From: an uncultured Oscillospiraceae bacterium
GTDB taxonomy: Bacteria > Bacillota > Clostridia > Oscillospirales > Oscillospiraceae
Reading direction: 5' to 3'
NCBI GenBank assembly: GCA_910577415.1
Contig: CAJTLK010000001.1
Location: forward strand, 1 to 56,979
Length of the DNA: 56,979 nt
Shown in pieces: positions 1-11,024 of this stretch; within the stretch, counting starts at the first letter, position 1; each line of letters opens with the position of its first letter. The translations under genes and the position numbers were made by a program. Under the pieces are notes generated by a model. The model ran no database searches. It was given only the letters and a program-made list of their open reading frames with translations, and was not told the DNA's origin.

Positions 1-527
1 ACAAGGAGCAGTACGCCTTCTGCTGGATCGTGGACTTCCCCATGTACGAGATCGGGGAGGAGAGCGGCGAGCTGGAGTTCTGCCACAATCCCTTCTCCAT
101 GCCCGCCGGTGGGCTGGAGGCTCTGGATAAGGCCGCCAAGGGAGAAGTCGATCCCCTCACCATTACCGCCGACCAGTACGACCTGGTGTGCAACGGTATT
201 GAGCTTTCCTCCGGGGCAGTGCGAAACCACGATCCCGAGATCATGATCGAAGCCTTCAAGCTAGTGGGGCTGGGCGAAGACGACGTGAAGAGCAAGTTCC
301 CCGCCATGTATAACGCCTTTACCTACGGCGCGCCTCCCCACGCGGGCATTGCCCCCGGTGTGGACCGCATGGTCATGCTCCTCTCCGGGGAGGAGACCAT
401 TCGGGAGATCATTCCCTTCCCCATGAATAAAAACGCCCAGGACCTGATGATGGGCGCTCCCGGCACCGTGACCCAGAAGCAGCTTGACGAGCTGAGCATC
501 AAGGTAACAAAGGTGGAAGAGGAATGA
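1..527 (+). CDS. aspS: Aspartate--tRNA ligase, C-terminal part (5' truncated by window edge)
   Basis: [40 protein letters not shown] and IPFP motifs of AspRS; TGA stop overlaps the next ATG (ATGA). Confidence 0.97.
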   Translation, partial: KEQYAFCWIVDFPMYEIGEESGELEFCHNPFSMPAGGLEALDKAAKGEVDPLTITADQYDLVCNGIELSSGAVRNHDPEIMIEAFKLVGLGEDDVKSKFPAMYNAFTYGAPPHAGIAPGVDRMVMLLSGEETIREIIPFPMNKNAQDLMMGAPGTVTQKQLDELSIKVTKVEEE

Positions 528-1870
528 GCGCGTCTCAGAACGAGGACTTCCTCCACCTGATGGACGCCCTCCCCGCCGATCTGAAGCGGCGGACCATGGC
601 CGGGGACATCTCCGGCGCGCTGGCCCTGATCGAGAGCTACCTTGCCTCAGACAGGCATCCCGATTTGGCCCCCCGGCTCCGGGCGGAGCGGCTGCGTCTG
701 AGCCGTTTGGAGCGGAATTTTCCCTACGATAGGGACCAGGCTATCGCCTTGGTGCGAGAGCAGTGGCCGGAATTTACCCCCGAGCGGTTTGACCGGCTGG
801 TGGCCGCCCGGCGGGTAGATTGGCGGTATGTCAACGGCCAGCCCCACTTTCACAGCCGCTTTATCAACTCCCTGAAGGTCTATCCCGATGAGGTCCCCGG
901 CCTGAAGGTCAAGGCCGAGGACCACACCGCCCGGGATGAGATGCTGAAGCGGATGGAAGCGGAGGGCGGGCTAAGTGCGGACATCACGCTCCGGGCCTAT
1001 ATTCGCACCCGTACCCCCTCGGCAGGAAAGCCTGTCCAGGCATGGCTGCCCATTCCCGCCATCTGTCCTCAACAGGAGGAAAAATACATTGAGATTTTGA
1101 GCGCTACCCCCGGCGCTCAGACCGCCCCGGCCACAGCGGAGGCCCGGACCATATACTGGGAGAGCGGCGAGCGGGACAGCTTTGAGGTCACATACCGCTA
1201 CCGCCACACCGCTAAGTATGTCCGTCCCCTGGAGTTGCCCTGGGACGGCTCTGCTCCTCAGTTTTATACCGGGGAATTCCTTCCACACATCGCCTTTACC
1301 CCTTACCTTCGTGCGCTGGCAGCACGGCTCACCGACGGACTGGACACGCCAGTGGAAAAGGCAGCGGCCATTTACGACTACATTGCCGAAAACGTAGATT
1401 ACCGCTACCAGCCCGACTACATTTTGTTGGACGATATTGCCGACTCCTGTGCCAAGGAGCTGCGGGGAGATTGCGGGGTGATGGCCCTTTTGTTCATCAC
1501 CCTCTGCCGCATTGCTGGAGTACCCGCCCGGTGGCAGAGCGGCCTTCACGTTACCCCGGAGGAGGCGGGCTGCCACGACTGGGCCATGTTTTACGCCCCG
1601 CCCTATGGCTGGCTCTACGCCGACCCCTCCTTTGGCTCCGGCGCCCACCGAAATGGGGAGGCTAGCCGGAGGAAGCACTACTTCGGCAATCTTGACCCCT
1701 GTCGAATGGTAGCCAATTCCGCCTTTCAGGCTCCCCTTACGCCACCCGACCCCTGCTACCGCAGCGACCCCTACGACAACCAGTTGGGGGAGATGACGGT
1801 GGACGGCGTGGGGCTGAGCGGCAGCGAAATGGACCGGGATGTGGAAGTGGTGGAGTTCAAATTCCTATAA
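524..1870 (+). CDS. Transglutaminase-like domain protein
   Basis: 448 aa; GDCGV (Cys), CHDW (His) and ADPS (Asp) triad of the transglutaminase-like fold; no signal peptide. Confidence 0.85.
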   Translation: MSASQNEDFLHLMDALPADLKRRTMAGDISGALALIESYLASDRHPDLAPRLRAERLRLSRLERNFPYDRDQAIALVREQWPEFTPERFDRLVAARRVDWRYVNGQPHFHSRFINSLKVYPDEVPGLKVKAEDHTARDEMLKRMEAEGGLSADITLRAYIRTRTPSAGKPVQAWLPIPAICPQQEEKYIEILSATPGAQTAPATAEARTIYWESGERDSFEVTYRYRHTAKYVRPLELPWDGSAPQFYTGEFLPHIAFTPYLRALAARLTDGLDTPVEKAAAIYDYIAENVDYRYQPDYILLDDIADSCAKELRGDCGVMALLFITLCRIAGVPARWQSGLHVTPEEAGCHDWAMFYAPPYGWLYADPSFGSGAHRNGEASRRKHYFGNLDPCRMVANSAFQAPLTPPDPCYRSDPYDNQLGEMTVDGVGLSGSEMDRDVEVVEFKFL

Positions 1871-1871
1871 G

Positions 1872-1902
1872 AAAAGCCGCGCTGTAAATCAGCGCGGCTT
1901 TC
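1872..1902. terminator. Bidirectional intrinsic terminator
   Basis: AAAGCCGCGCTG-TAAAT-CAGCGCGGCTTT between convergent genes. Confidence 0.85.
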
Positions 1903-2106
1903 TCATTCGTCGGGGACATAGTCAATAATGTCGGAGACGCCGCAGTCCAAAATGAAGCACAGCGTATCCAAGGTCTTTAACGTAATGTTCTGACCCTTTT
2001 TCATGCGGTGAAGGGTATTTGCCGAGACCCCATGCTTAAAAATGAGCTGGTACTCGGTAACGCCCTTCCGCAGCAGGGTCTTGTAAAAGGGAGCATAACT
2101 GATCAT
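1903..2106 (-). CDS. Small Cro/C1-type (HTH_26/YozG-like) transcriptional regulator
   Basis: 67 aa, MISYAPFYKTL...ITLKTLDTLCFILDCGVSDII, typical of this family. Confidence 0.85.
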   Translation of the reverse strand: MISYAPFYKTLLRKGVTEYQLIFKHGVSANTLHRMKKGQNITLKTLDTLCFILDCGVSDIIDYVPDE

Positions 2107-2142
2107 TTACAACACCAACGATATTCTACCCTACTTCATCCC

Positions 2143-2171
2143 TTGACTATACCTAATTTATTGAGTATAAT
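2143..2171 (+). promoter_or_regulatory. SigA promoter for the 2204 ORF
   Basis: TTGACT-17 bp-TATAAT; imperfect palindrome TATAC-N12-GTATA over the spacer. Confidence 0.8.
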
Positions 2172-2203
2172 GGTAGAAAAGAGAGAAAGGGGAGGCGCTG
2201 CCG

Positions 2204-2395
2204 GTGAATGAGGATGGACGCAGAGAGCTGCCGCTGGCGGGAATGGAGGACCCGGAGGAGCTGAAGCGGCGTTACCGGGCGGTCAGCTCGGCGGTGCTGC
2301 GAAGGTGGATGGACGCTGTGATCGGTCCCCATCACGACGCCATGGCCGCTATTCTGAACGAACGGGAGACCGCCGCCCCAAAACAAAACGGATAA
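2204..2395 (+). CDS. Hypothetical 63-aa protein
   Basis: GGAGG RBS, GTG start, own consensus promoter and downstream terminator. Confidence 0.6.
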   Translation: MNEDGRRELPLAGMEDPEELKRRYRAVSSAVLRRWMDAVIGPHHDAMAAILNERETAAPKQNG

Positions 2396-2421
2396 AAAGG
2401 ACCGCCTATAGGCGGTCCTTT
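2394..2421. terminator. Bidirectional intrinsic terminator
   Basis: AAAGGACCGCC-TATA-GGCGGTCCTTT between convergent genes. Confidence 0.85.
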
Positions 2422-2425
2422 CCCT

Positions 2426-2866
2426 TTACTGCTTAAATTTTTGGCTTTGTGCCACTGCCAGCTCGTCGCAGCGGTTATTGAACTCATTATCCGCATGCCC
2501 CTTGACCCAGTGGAGATTCACCGTGTGGACCTCGCACAGCTCCAGCAGCCGCTGCCACAGGTCAGGGTTGAGGGCGGGCTTTTTGTCCGCCTTTACCCAG
2601 CCCTTGGCCCGCCAACTTTTGGCCCAGCCCTTGCCTAAGCCGTCGATAACGTACTTGGAATCCGACCACAGCTCCACCACGCACGGTTCGGTGAGGGCCT
2701 CCAGGGCGGTAATGACCCCGGTCAGCTCCATGCGGTTGTTGGTGGTCTGCTCCTCTCCGCCGGAGAGTTCCTTTTGGAAACGGCCATATTGAAGAATGGC
2801 CCCCCAGCCGCCGGGGCCGGGGTTGCCGGAGCAAGCGCCGTCGGTATAGATGGTAACAGTTTTCAT
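2426..2866 (-). CDS. rnhA: Ribonuclease HI
   Basis: [37 protein letters not shown]; start moved to MKTV. Confidence 0.97.
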   Translation of the reverse strand: MKTVTIYTDGACSGNPGPGGWGAILQYGRFQKELSGGEEQTTNNRMELTGVITALEALTEPCVVELWSDSKYVIDGLGKGWAKSWRAKGWVKADKKPALNPDLWQRLLELCEVHTVNLHWVKGHADNEFNNRCDELAVAQSQKFKQ

Positions 2867-2886
2867 AGCAACCCCCATAGCCGGCT

Positions 2887-3267
2887 TCACAGCTCCCGGA
2901 GAATTTCCTGCCGCTTGGTCTCATACTCTTCGGCAGTAATGAGCCGCTGGTCGTAGAGCGCCTGAAGCTTTTTCAGCCGCTCCTCGGCGCTCTCCTCCAC
3001 GCCGGGGTCCTCATCGGTGATCTCAAGTCCAAAGTCACGGTGCAAGCCGTAAAGGCCGTTCTTACTTACCGCGCCGTAAATGCCGATCCCCACAAAGCAG
3101 CAGGCCATCAGTGTCCACACCGCGCCAAAGGCCCCTCCCCCTGAGGGGATGACCTCCGTAACGCCAATGACCACAAAACCCAGGCCAACGAGGGCAAAGA
3201 CCCCAGAGAAAACACGGCTGAAGGTCTTCATGGCAGGAGAGGGCCGGAAGCGGATATTCTTTTTCAT
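2887..3267 (-). CDS. Two-TM membrane protein with C-terminal SHOCT domain
   Basis: Two hydrophobic segments plus [29 protein letters not shown]; overlaps the gyrA stop. Confidence 0.8.
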   Translation of the reverse strand: MKKNIRFRPSPAMKTFSRVFSGVFALVGLGFVVIGVTEVIPSGGGAFGAVWTLMACCFVGIGIYGAVSKNGLYGLHRDFGLEITDEDPGVEESAEERLKKLQALYDQRLITAEEYETKRQEILREL

Positions 3268-5828
3268 TCGCTCTCCTCCGCAGCCTCCACGTTGGCTTCC
3301 ACTTCGGCCTCATCCGCCGGAACAAGCTCTACCCCCTCGGGGAGCTCCTCCCCGGCCTCTTCGTGCTCAGTAAGGGCCAGGGAGATCACGTGATCCCCCT
3401 CCTCCTTAAAGCGCATCACGATAACGCCCTGGGTGGAGCGGCCTGTCTGGCGGATGCTCTCCACCGGGGTACGGATCAGCACCCCCGCCTGTGTTACCAG
3501 CAACAGGTCCTCGCTGCCGTCCACTACCTTGACGCCCACCACACTACCGGTCTTTTGGGTGCACATATAGTTGCGGATACCCACGCCGCCCCGGTTGGTC
3601 AAACGATACTCCTCCACGGGTGTGCGCTTGCCGTAGCCATGCTCAGTGATGGACAGCACCATCTTGCCCGCCGTTGCCCGGGCGGCGCCCACCACATGAT
3701 CCCCCTCCCGGAGGCGGATGCCCCGGACGCCCACGGCGTCCCGGCCCATAGGCCGCACGGCAGTCTCGTCAAAGACCACCGCCTGACCGTCATGGGTAGC
3801 AATAAGGATATTCTGGTGTCCGTCGGTCTCCCGAACTGTTACCAGCTCGTCCCCCTCGTCCAGGCGAAGGGCGCGGATACCGATATTTTTCAGGTTTTTC
3901 AGGGCCATGACGGGCAGACGCTTTACGGTTCCCTGGCGGGTGACCATAAAGATATACTTGCCCTCCATGTTGTCAGTATCCCGGAAGTGGAGCATGGCCT
4001 GGACCCGCTCCCCCTGCTCGATGGGAATGATGTTGATGAGGTTGGTGCCCTTGGCGGTCTTGCCGCTCTCGGGCACCTGGTAGCCCTTCTTGCGGTAGAC
4101 CTTGCCCGTGTCAGTGAAGAAGAGGATATAGTCATGGGTGGAGGCGGTGAACACATCCACCACATAGTCCTCCTCCCGGGTGGTGATCCCCCGCTTGCCC
4201 ATGCCGCCCTTGGACTGGGCAGTGTACTCGCTGACAGGGGTACGCTTGATGTACCCCGCCTGGGTCAGGGTGAAAACGCACTGCTCCTCCTCAATGAGGT
4301 CCTCGATGTCGATCTCGTCCAGTACATCCTCGATCTCGGTGCGGCGGTCATCGCCGAACTTGTCGGCAATGGCCTGAAGCTCTTCCTTCAGAATAGCCTT
4401 CACCATATCCTCGGAGCCAAGGACCTGCTGGTAGTAAGCGATACGCTCCTCCAGCTCCTTGTACTCCGCCTCCAGCTTTTCCCGGTTCAAGCCCTGAAGG
4501 GCGATAAGGCGCATATCGCAGATGGCCTGGGCCTGAACGTCGTCCAGGCTGAAACGCTCCATCAGGTTCTGCTTTGCGTTGTCGTAGGAGGAGCGGATGA
4601 TCTTGATGACCTCGTCAATGTTGTCCTGGGCAATGAGCAGACCCTCCAGCAGGTGGGCGCGCTCCTGGGCCTTGCGGAGGTCATATTGGGTGCGGCGGAC
4701 GATGATCTCCTCCTGGAAGGCAAGGTACTCGTCCAGCATATGCCGCAGAGACAAAATTCGGGGCTGGGACTGATTGTCCACCAAAGCCAGCATATTGATG
4801 GCAAAGGAGCTTTGGAGCTGGGTCTGGGCAAACAGGCGGTTGAGCACCACCTGGGGATTGGCCTCCCGCTTGAGTTCTATGACGATGCGCATACCGTTGC
4901 GGTCTGTCTCATCCCGAATGTCGGAAATGCCGTCCAGGCGTTTATCCTCCACCTGGTCGGCCATATTTTTGATGAGCATACGTTTGTTGACCTGATAGGG
5001 AATTTCCGTCACGATAATACGTGTGCGGTCCTTACCGTACTCCTCAAACTCGGTACGGGCACGGATGACCACCTTGCCCTGGCCGGTGGCGTAGGCGGCG
5101 CGGATGCCGGAACGGCCCATAATGATGCCCTTGGTGGGAAAGTCAGGGCCCTTCACGTGCTTCATCAGGTCTTCCAGAGTGCTCTCCGGGTCGTCCAGCA
5201 CCTGGATACAGGCCCCGATGACCTCCCGGAGGTTGTGGGGGGGGATATTGGTGGCCATGCCCACGGCGATGCCGGAGGAGCCGTTCACCAACAGATTGGG
5301 GAACCGGCAGGGCAGTACCCGAGGCTCCTTTCGGGTCTCATCAAAGTTGGGGTCCCAGTCCACCGTCTCCTTGTCCAGATCCCGCAAAATTTCCTCGGAA
5401 ATTTTGCTCAGCCGGGCCTCGGTATAACGGTAAGCCGCCGGAGGATCGCCGTCCACACTGCCGAAGTTGCCGTGGCCCTCCACCAGCATGTAGCGCATGG
5501 AGAAATCCTGGGCCAGTCGGACCAGGGCGTCGTACACCGACTGGTCGCCGTGGGGATGGTACCGGCCCAGCACGTCGCCCACACAGGTGGCCGACTTCTT
5601 GAAGGGCTTATCATGGGTCAGGTTATCCTCATACATGGCGTAGAGGATACGCCGGTGAACGGGCTTCAGGCCGTCCCGCACATCGGGCAGGGCCCGGCCC
5701 ACGATGACGGACATGGCATATTCGATGTAGCTCTGCTCCATCTCGGGAATGAGGGGGGAGTCGTGGATGATCTGGTCAGGATAACGAAATTCCTCCGGGT
5801 CCACGTGGTTTCTCTGCTTGGTTGCCAT
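3264..5828 (-). CDS. gyrA: DNA gyrase subunit A
   Basis: [32 protein letters not shown] catalytic Tyr, pinwheel repeats and GyrA-box variant QSKGGMG; AGGAGG RBS. Confidence 0.98.
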   Translation of the reverse strand: MATKQRNHVDPEEFRYPDQIIHDSPLIPEMEQSYIEYAMSVIVGRALPDVRDGLKPVHRRILYAMYEDNLTHDKPFKKSATCVGDVLGRYHPHGDQSVYDALVRLAQDFSMRYMLVEGHGNFGSVDGDPPAAYRYTEARLSKISEEILRDLDKETVDWDPNFDETRKEPRVLPCRFPNLLVNGSSGIAVGMATNIPPHNLREVIGACIQVLDDPESTLEDLMKHVKGPDFPTKGIIMGRSGIRAAYATGQGKVVIRARTEFEEYGKDRTRIIVTEIPYQVNKRMLIKNMADQVEDKRLDGISDIRDETDRNGMRIVIELKREANPQVVLNRLFAQTQLQSSFAINMLALVDNQSQPRILSLRHMLDEYLAFQEEIIVRRTQYDLRKAQERAHLLEGLLIAQDNIDEVIKIIRSSYDNAKQNLMERFSLDDVQAQAICDMRLIALQGLNREKLEAEYKELEERIAYYQQVLGSEDMVKAILKEELQAIADKFGDDRRTEIEDVLDEIDIEDLIEEEQCVFTLTQAGYIKRTPVSEYTAQSKGGMGKRGITTREEDYVVDVFTASTHDYILFFTDTGKVYRKKGYQVPESGKTAKGTNLINIIPIEQGERVQAMLHFRDTDNMEGKYIFMVTRQGTVKRLPVMALKNLKNIGIRALRLDEGDELVTVRETDGHQNILIATHDGQAVVFDETAVRPMGRDAVGVRGIRLREGDHVVGAARATAGKMVLSITEHGYGKRTPVEEYRLTNRGGVGIRNYMCTQKTGSVVGVKVVDGSEDLLLVTQAGVLIRTPVESIRQTGRSTQGVIVMRFKEEGDHVISLALTEHEEAGEELPEGVELVPADEAEVEANVEAAEESE

Positions 5829-5876
5829 TTATGTTCCTCCTTGTTAGAGGTTCAGCTTCTAACCTATATTCAGAAT

Positions 5877-5902
5877 GTGGGGCCCGACGACCTCGTCGGG
5901 CC
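5877..5902 (+). repeat. Single REP-like palindrome in the gyrB-gyrA spacer
   Basis: GTGG followed by GGCCCGACGA-CC-TCGTCGGGCC; no U-tract. Confidence 0.45.
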
Positions 5903-5908
5903 AACCGC

Positions 5909-7930
5909 TTAATAATCCAGATTGACCGCGTACTTGGCATTCTTCTCAATAAATGCCTTTCGTGGTTCTACTTTTTCGCCCATAAGGACGGTAAAGGTCT
6001 CGTCGGCGGCCACGGCGTCGTCCAAAGTGATGCGGCGCAGGGTCCGCTTCTCCGGATCCATGGTGGTCTCCCACAGCTCATGGGGGTCCATCTCGCCCAA
6101 GCCCTTAAACCGGGAGATGTCCACCTTGGCGTTGGGATTGTCCCCCCGCAGCTCGGCGGATATCTTATCCCGCTCCTCCTCGGAGAAGGCCAGGCGCACT
6201 GTTTTGCCCTTGGTGAGCTTAAACAGGGGAGGCACCGCGGAGTAGACATACCCCTCCTCCACCAGAGGACGCATAAAGCGGAAAAAGAAGGTGAGCAGCA
6301 GGGTGCGGATGTGGGCGCCGTCCACGTCGGCATCGGCCATAATAATGATTTTATGGTAGCGCAGCTTCTCGATGTCAAACTCGTCGCCGATGCCCGCTCC
6401 CAGGGCTGTAATGACAGGCTGAAGCTTGTCGTTTCCGTAGACCTTGTCGGCTCTGGCCTTTTCCACGTTGAGCATCTTTCCCCACAGGGGAAGGATGGCC
6501 TGGAACTGGCTGTCCCGGCCCTGGGTGGCGCTGCCGCCGGCGGAATCGCCCTCTACGATGTAAATTTCAGTAACAGAGGGATCGGAAATGTTGCAGTCCC
6601 GGAGTTTATCGGGCATGGCCGCGCCGCCCAGGGCGGTCTTGCGGCGGACACTCTCCCGTGCCTTTCGGGCCGCCTCCCGGGCGCGGTTGGCGGTGAGGGC
6701 CTTTTCCAGGATGGCCTTGCCCACGGCGGGGTTTTCCTCCAAAAAGACGGTCAGCTTTTCAGTGATGATGGCGGATACCAATGCCCTGATCTCGCTGTTG
6801 CCCAGCTTGGCCTTGGTCTGGCCCTCAAACTGAGCCTCTGTGAGCTTCACCGAGATGACGCAGGTAATACCCTCCCGGCAGTCCTCGCCGGAGACCTTGT
6901 CCTCGTCCTTCAGAATTTTCATTTTTTTGCCGTAGGCGTTGAGCACGTTGGTGAGGGCCCGCTTGAAGCCGTCTTCATGCATACCGCCTTCGGGGGTGCG
7001 GACGTTGTTGGCGAAGGAGAGAATATTTTCGTTATAGCTGTCGCTGTACTGAAAGGCGATCTCAGCCTCAGCGTCCTCCTTCTGTCCCTTTACGTAGATG
7101 ACCTGACCGTGGAGGGGGGTCTTATTGGTATTGAGGAAGGTGACAAACTCCTTGATACCGCCCTCGTAGCACATCTCGTCCCGCTGCTGCTTGCCCTCCC
7201 GGCAGTCCTCAATGATAATGCGAAGACCCGCATTGAGGAATGCCTCCTCCCGGAGCCGGGTATGGAGAACGTCATAGTCATAGACGGTGGTGTCGGTAAA
7301 CATCTCAGGGTCTGGCTTAAAGACCACCTCGGTACCTGTTTTTTCAGTCTGGCCTACCACCTTCATCTGTTGGGTGACAAGGCCCCTGGCAAACTTCATT
7401 TCGTAGATGGAGCCGTCCTTGTGGACCCGGACCTCCAACCATTCGGAGAGGGCGTTGACCACGCTGGCGCCTACTCCGTGAAGGCCGCCGGAGACCTTGT
7501 AGCCGCCGCCGCCAAACTTGCCGCCGGCGTGAAGGATGGTATAGACCACCTCCAAAGCAGGCTTCCCGGTCTGGGCCTGAATGTCCACGGGAATACCCCG
7601 GCCATCGTCGGTAACTTTGATAATGTCGCCATCCAGAATGGAGACGGTGATATTTTTACAGTACCCGGCCAGAGCCTCGTCAATGGCGTTGTCCACGATC
7701 TCATAGACCAGGTGGTGGAGACCGGAGGAGGAGGTGGAGCCGATATACATGCCCGGACGCTTCCGCACGGCCTCCAAACCTTCCAGGACCTGGATTTCTG
7801 AAGCGTCGTAGTCATGGTCGGTCTGGGTAACGCTGTCGCTCCAGTCCTCTTTTTCGGATAGCTTCACCGCAGTCTCTACCGGCTGCTCCTCTTCTTCTAA
7901 AATTTCATCTTTTACTTGCTCGTCGTTCAT
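5909..7930 (-). CDS. gyrB: DNA gyrase subunit B
   Basis: [54 protein letters not shown]. Confidence 0.98.
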   Translation of the reverse strand: MNDEQVKDEILEEEEQPVETAVKLSEKEDWSDSVTQTDHDYDASEIQVLEGLEAVRKRPGMYIGSTSSSGLHHLVYEIVDNAIDEALAGYCKNITVSILDGDIIKVTDDGRGIPVDIQAQTGKPALEVVYTILHAGGKFGGGGYKVSGGLHGVGASVVNALSEWLEVRVHKDGSIYEMKFARGLVTQQMKVVGQTEKTGTEVVFKPDPEMFTDTTVYDYDVLHTRLREEAFLNAGLRIIIEDCREGKQQRDEMCYEGGIKEFVTFLNTNKTPLHGQVIYVKGQKEDAEAEIAFQYSDSYNENILSFANNVRTPEGGMHEDGFKRALTNVLNAYGKKMKILKDEDKVSGEDCREGITCVISVKLTEAQFEGQTKAKLGNSEIRALVSAIITEKLTVFLEENPAVGKAILEKALTANRAREAARKARESVRRKTALGGAAMPDKLRDCNISDPSVTEIYIVEGDSAGGSATQGRDSQFQAILPLWGKMLNVEKARADKVYGNDKLQPVITALGAGIGDEFDIEKLRYHKIIIMADADVDGAHIRTLLLTFFFRFMRPLVEEGYVYSAVPPLFKLTKGKTVRLAFSEEERDKISAELRGDNPNAKVDISRFKGLGEMDPHELWETTMDPEKRTLRRITLDDAVAADETFTVLMGEKVEPRKAFIEKNAKYAVNLDY

Positions 7931-8022
7931 AGGGTACCTCCTGAATTTTGCGGAACGCAGAAAACCGTTTGTGGCATCAAGCGGTTTTCTCCGTCCCGCT
8001 TTGTTGTGTCATACCGTAAGAT

Positions 8023-8283
8023 CTATTCCATTCCATTTCCCGTTAACCGCCCCCGGAGCACTGTGGGGGAGAGAGGAGAAAGGTAAACTCTGGCAACACT
8101 GTCCTTCTGGCACAATACAAAGGAGCGGGGTAGTCCGGCGGCGGCGTTGACCACCCTTCCCTCCTTTTCCGCCCGTTCCAAAAACGCGCGGGTGCGGTGG
8201 GACCAGGAGGCGTTGTCCAGATCAAAGACCCCTAATATATCCTCCGCGGGCACCACTACCGATTGTCCCAGATGCAGGTACAT
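8023..8283 (-). CDS. remB: RemB/DUF370-family protein
   Basis: MYLHLGQ...ILGVFDLD...PRSFVL; conserved position between recF and gyrB. Confidence 0.85.
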   Translation of the reverse strand: MYLHLGQSVVVPAEDILGVFDLDNASWSHRTRAFLERAEKEGRVVNAAAGLPRSFVLCQKDSVARVYLSPLSPTVLRGRLTGNGME

Positions 8284-8310
8284 GGGTCTTTCCTCCCGCT
8301 GCTTTTCAGC

Positions 8311-9411
8311 TTAGACCAGCTCGCCATCTTTAATGTGAAAACGTTTCCCCCCAGCGGACACATCTTTATCGTCCTCACAGCAGGTGATGAGCACCTGGCC
8401 CCCTGTGATACGTTCCAGCACGAAGCTCTGGCGCTTGGCGTCCAATTCGGAAAGCACATCGTCCAAAAGCAGCACCGGCCATTCTCCCGTATCCTCTTTG
8501 AAAAACTCCCGGCAAGCCAGCTTTAATGATAGTGCCGCCGTCCGGGTCTGTCCCTGGGAGGCATATTGTCTGGCGCTCTGACCATCGATCTCCACCGTAA
8601 GGTCATCCTTGTGAGGGCCGGAGAGACATTGCCGGGAATCCAGCTCTGCCCTGCGGTGGTTTTGTTGGTGAGCCAAAAGCTGCTCCAGAATGATCTTAGG
8701 AGCAACCTCCGGGTCCGTCACTGTGGATACGGTCTCATACCGCAGAGCCAGCCTTTCCCGCCCGCCGGAAAAATCCTGTTGAATCGGTGGGGCCAGGGCA
8801 GATAAACGTTTGATAAAATGGGCACGGTAGTGGATCAGCACCGCCCCCACCTGGGCCATTCGAAGGTTAAAGTCGTCCAAGGTATCCAAAAGAGAGGGCT
8901 TGTCCTCCCAATCCCGGAGAATACGGGTCTTTTCCTCCCAGAGTTTACGGTATTCCGCCAAACTTACCGCGTACCGGGGCCGCAGCTGGCAAATAGCGTC
9001 GTCTAAAAAACGCCTTCTCTCTGCCGCTCCCGAGCGAATGAGGGACAAGTCCTCCGGGCAAAAAAGGATGGTGTTCAATACCTCCCCCAGCTCCCCGGTA
9101 TTCTTCAGTCTTACCCCGTTGGAAAAAAGCTGCCGCCGTTCTCCACGGTGCAGTCTGGCCTCCACAGTATGGTCCCGCCCTTTGGAAAAGACCTCTCCTT
9201 TGAGAAAGCCATGGTCCACTCCAAACTGGATCAGCTCCCGATCATACCTGGCCCGGTGGCTTCGGGCAGTGGATAAGTACGCCGCGGCCTCCAAAAGGTT
9301 GGTCTTTCCCTGGGCATTCTCCCCCCAGATCACATTGACGCCGGGAGAAAGGTCTGCCTCGGCATGGGCGTAATTGCGGAAGAAATCCAGTTCTATTCGT
9401 TTGAGTATCAT
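8311..9411 (-). CDS. recF: DNA replication/repair protein RecF
   Basis: GENAQGKTNLLEA, GPHKDDL, SQGQTR, LLLDDVLSELD. Confidence 0.97.
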   Translation of the reverse strand: MILKRIELDFFRNYAHAEADLSPGVNVIWGENAQGKTNLLEAAAYLSTARSHRARYDRELIQFGVDHGFLKGEVFSKGRDHTVEARLHRGERRQLFSNGVRLKNTGELGEVLNTILFCPEDLSLIRSGAAERRRFLDDAICQLRPRYAVSLAEYRKLWEEKTRILRDWEDKPSLLDTLDDFNLRMAQVGAVLIHYRAHFIKRLSALAPPIQQDFSGGRERLALRYETVSTVTDPEVAPKIILEQLLAHQQNHRRAELDSRQCLSGPHKDDLTVEIDGQSARQYASQGQTRTAALSLKLACREFFKEDTGEWPVLLLDDVLSELDAKRQSFVLERITGGQVLITCCEDDKDVSAGGKRFHIKDGELV

Positions 9412-9620
9412 GCCACGACCAACCTTGTCCCGTTCCAGTCTGCCCTATCGCCGGGGCGAAGCTTTTTGCCCCGCATGGTGCAGACCTCTCCGTTGACACG
9501 GACCTCTCCGGCCTGAATGGCCTCCTTCGCCTCCCCGCCAGTCTCCGCCGCGCCGGAGAATTTCAGTAAGTCCTGGAGCTTGATATATTCTGTTGTGATG
9601 CGGATGGTTTCCTCTCTCAT
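9408..9620 (-). CDS. yaaA: S4-domain RNA-binding protein YaaA
   Basis: EYIKLQDLLK...GGEAK...VNGEVCTMRGKKL; between dnaN and recF. Confidence 0.93.
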   Translation of the reverse strand: MREETIRITTEYIKLQDLLKFSGAAETGGEAKEAIQAGEVRVNGEVCTMRGKKLRPGDRADWNGTRLVVA

Positions 9621-9621
9621 A

Positions 9622-10746
9622 TCATTTGTCCCAATTCGCGCTCATACGGACAGGAAGCACCATGAACAGGAAGCTCTCCTGTCCACTCTCCTCGTTGGTG
9701 GGTACGATAATGCAAGGGGTAGAAGGAGTGCCCATCAAAAGGGTAGCCTTTTCAGCGGGAACCGCTTTCAGAGCGTCCATCATAAAGCGGTGATTGAAAC
9801 CAATGTGCAGATCACCGCCGCTACCCACGGCAGGACATTGGTCTGTGGCGTTGCCGGTAGGAGTCAGAGTGGAGAGATAGATCATATCATCCCCCACAAT
9901 ACACCGCAGGGGGTTTTTAGTATTATCCTGCAAAATAAGACTTACACGGGTGATGGAGGTCATAAGAGCCTTGACCTCGACCTCCAGCTTAATGCTACTC
10001 TTCCAGGAAATGGATTGGCGGTAGTTGAGAAATTCGCCCTCCAGCCGCCGTGTCACCAGCAGGGTATTGCCTACCTTAAACTGAATGTGCCGCGCGCCGG
10101 TGGTAATGGCCACCGCCTCGTCTCCCTCTCCCGAAATGGACTTTACCTCGCCCAAAGCGGCGCCGGGGACCACAAAGGAAAAATCCCGTCCGGGGGCTTC
10201 CTCCAGCTTGGCTCTGCGAAGGGCCAGGCGTTGACCATCCACCGACACCACGGTGAGGACGTCCCCTTCTACTTCAAAAAGAGAACCGGTAAGAATGGGT
10301 CTGCCGTCATTTTGGCAGACGGCAAAGAGGGTGCGTGTGATCATGTCGGTAAGAGTGCTCCGGGAGAGTAGAAGGGCATTCTGCGCCTCCACCGAGGGAA
10401 GCTCCGGGAATTCCTCCGGGTCAATGGCCTGAATATGAAAGTTGCTCATACCGCATTGGATATGAACATTAAGCCCCTCGGAGGAAAAACTCACCATATC
10501 GTCCGGCAGATTGCGGACAATATCGCCGAACATCCGGGCCGACAGGACCAAGGACCCGCTTTCCTGAACATCGGCAGGTACCACGGTACGAATACCTGTT
10601 TCCAGATTGTAGCCGGTCAGCCGCAGTTCGTTATCGGCCTCTAAAAGAATGCCTTCCAAGGCCGGAATGGAGCTTTTGGGAGCGGTGGCCCGTGAGGAGG
10701 TCGCAATTGCCGATTGTAAAAGCGCTTTTTCACAGGAAAACTTCAT
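9622..10746 (-). CDS. dnaN: DNA polymerase III beta clamp
   Basis: 374 aa; RPILTG, SVDGQRLA, GFN, C-terminal LFMVLPVR; follows dnaA. Confidence 0.96.
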   Translation of the reverse strand: MKFSCEKALLQSAIATSSRATAPKSSIPALEGILLEADNELRLTGYNLETGIRTVVPADVQESGSLVLSARMFGDIVRNLPDDMVSFSSEGLNVHIQCGMSNFHIQAIDPEEFPELPSVEAQNALLLSRSTLTDMITRTLFAVCQNDGRPILTGSLFEVEGDVLTVVSVDGQRLALRRAKLEEAPGRDFSFVVPGAALGEVKSISGEGDEAVAITTGARHIQFKVGNTLLVTRRLEGEFLNYRQSISWKSSIKLEVEVKALMTSITRVSLILQDNTKNPLRCIVGDDMIYLSTLTPTGNATDQCPAVGSGGDLHIGFNHRFMMDALKAVPAEKATLLMGTPSTPCIIVPTNEESGQESFLFMVLPVRMSANWDK

Positions 10747-10800
10747 GGTAGGTGTTCCTCCGTTCTTTTTCTCTTATTTCCCGAAGGGAAAGGAGAGGAT

Positions 10801-10990
10801 TTTTAAGAATTTAGTCGCAGTAGTCGTAGGGGGTGTGAAGATGGTGGAAAAGTGGTAAAAGCCTTAGAGCGGCCTGTCGAAGAAGCGCACAGAAAAAGGT
10901 GGAAAACCTGGCGCGGATACACAGAAAAAGGCGAAGGGTGGAAAAGCGAGCGAAGGCGGTTTGCACATTTCCACGAAAGAGGGTGGAAAA
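10801..10990. other. oriC downstream part: DnaA boxes and basal unwinding system
   Basis: GGTGGAAAA (reverse complement TTTTCCACC) at 10843, 10898, 10937 and 10982; degenerate box 10834-10842; GGGG spacer; trios TAG-TCG-CAG-TAG-TCG-TAG at 10812-10829; AT-rich tract next to them. Confidence 0.88.
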
Positions 10991-11024
10991 GGGGAAAAGC
11001 GGGAAGAACGCTTCGCAGCGCTTT

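Noticed and set aside
3363..7801. 849-aa and 659-aa plus-strand ORFs opposite gyrA and gyrB
   Set aside because: Antisense shadows caused by high-GC codon bias; no RBS or recognisable motifs.
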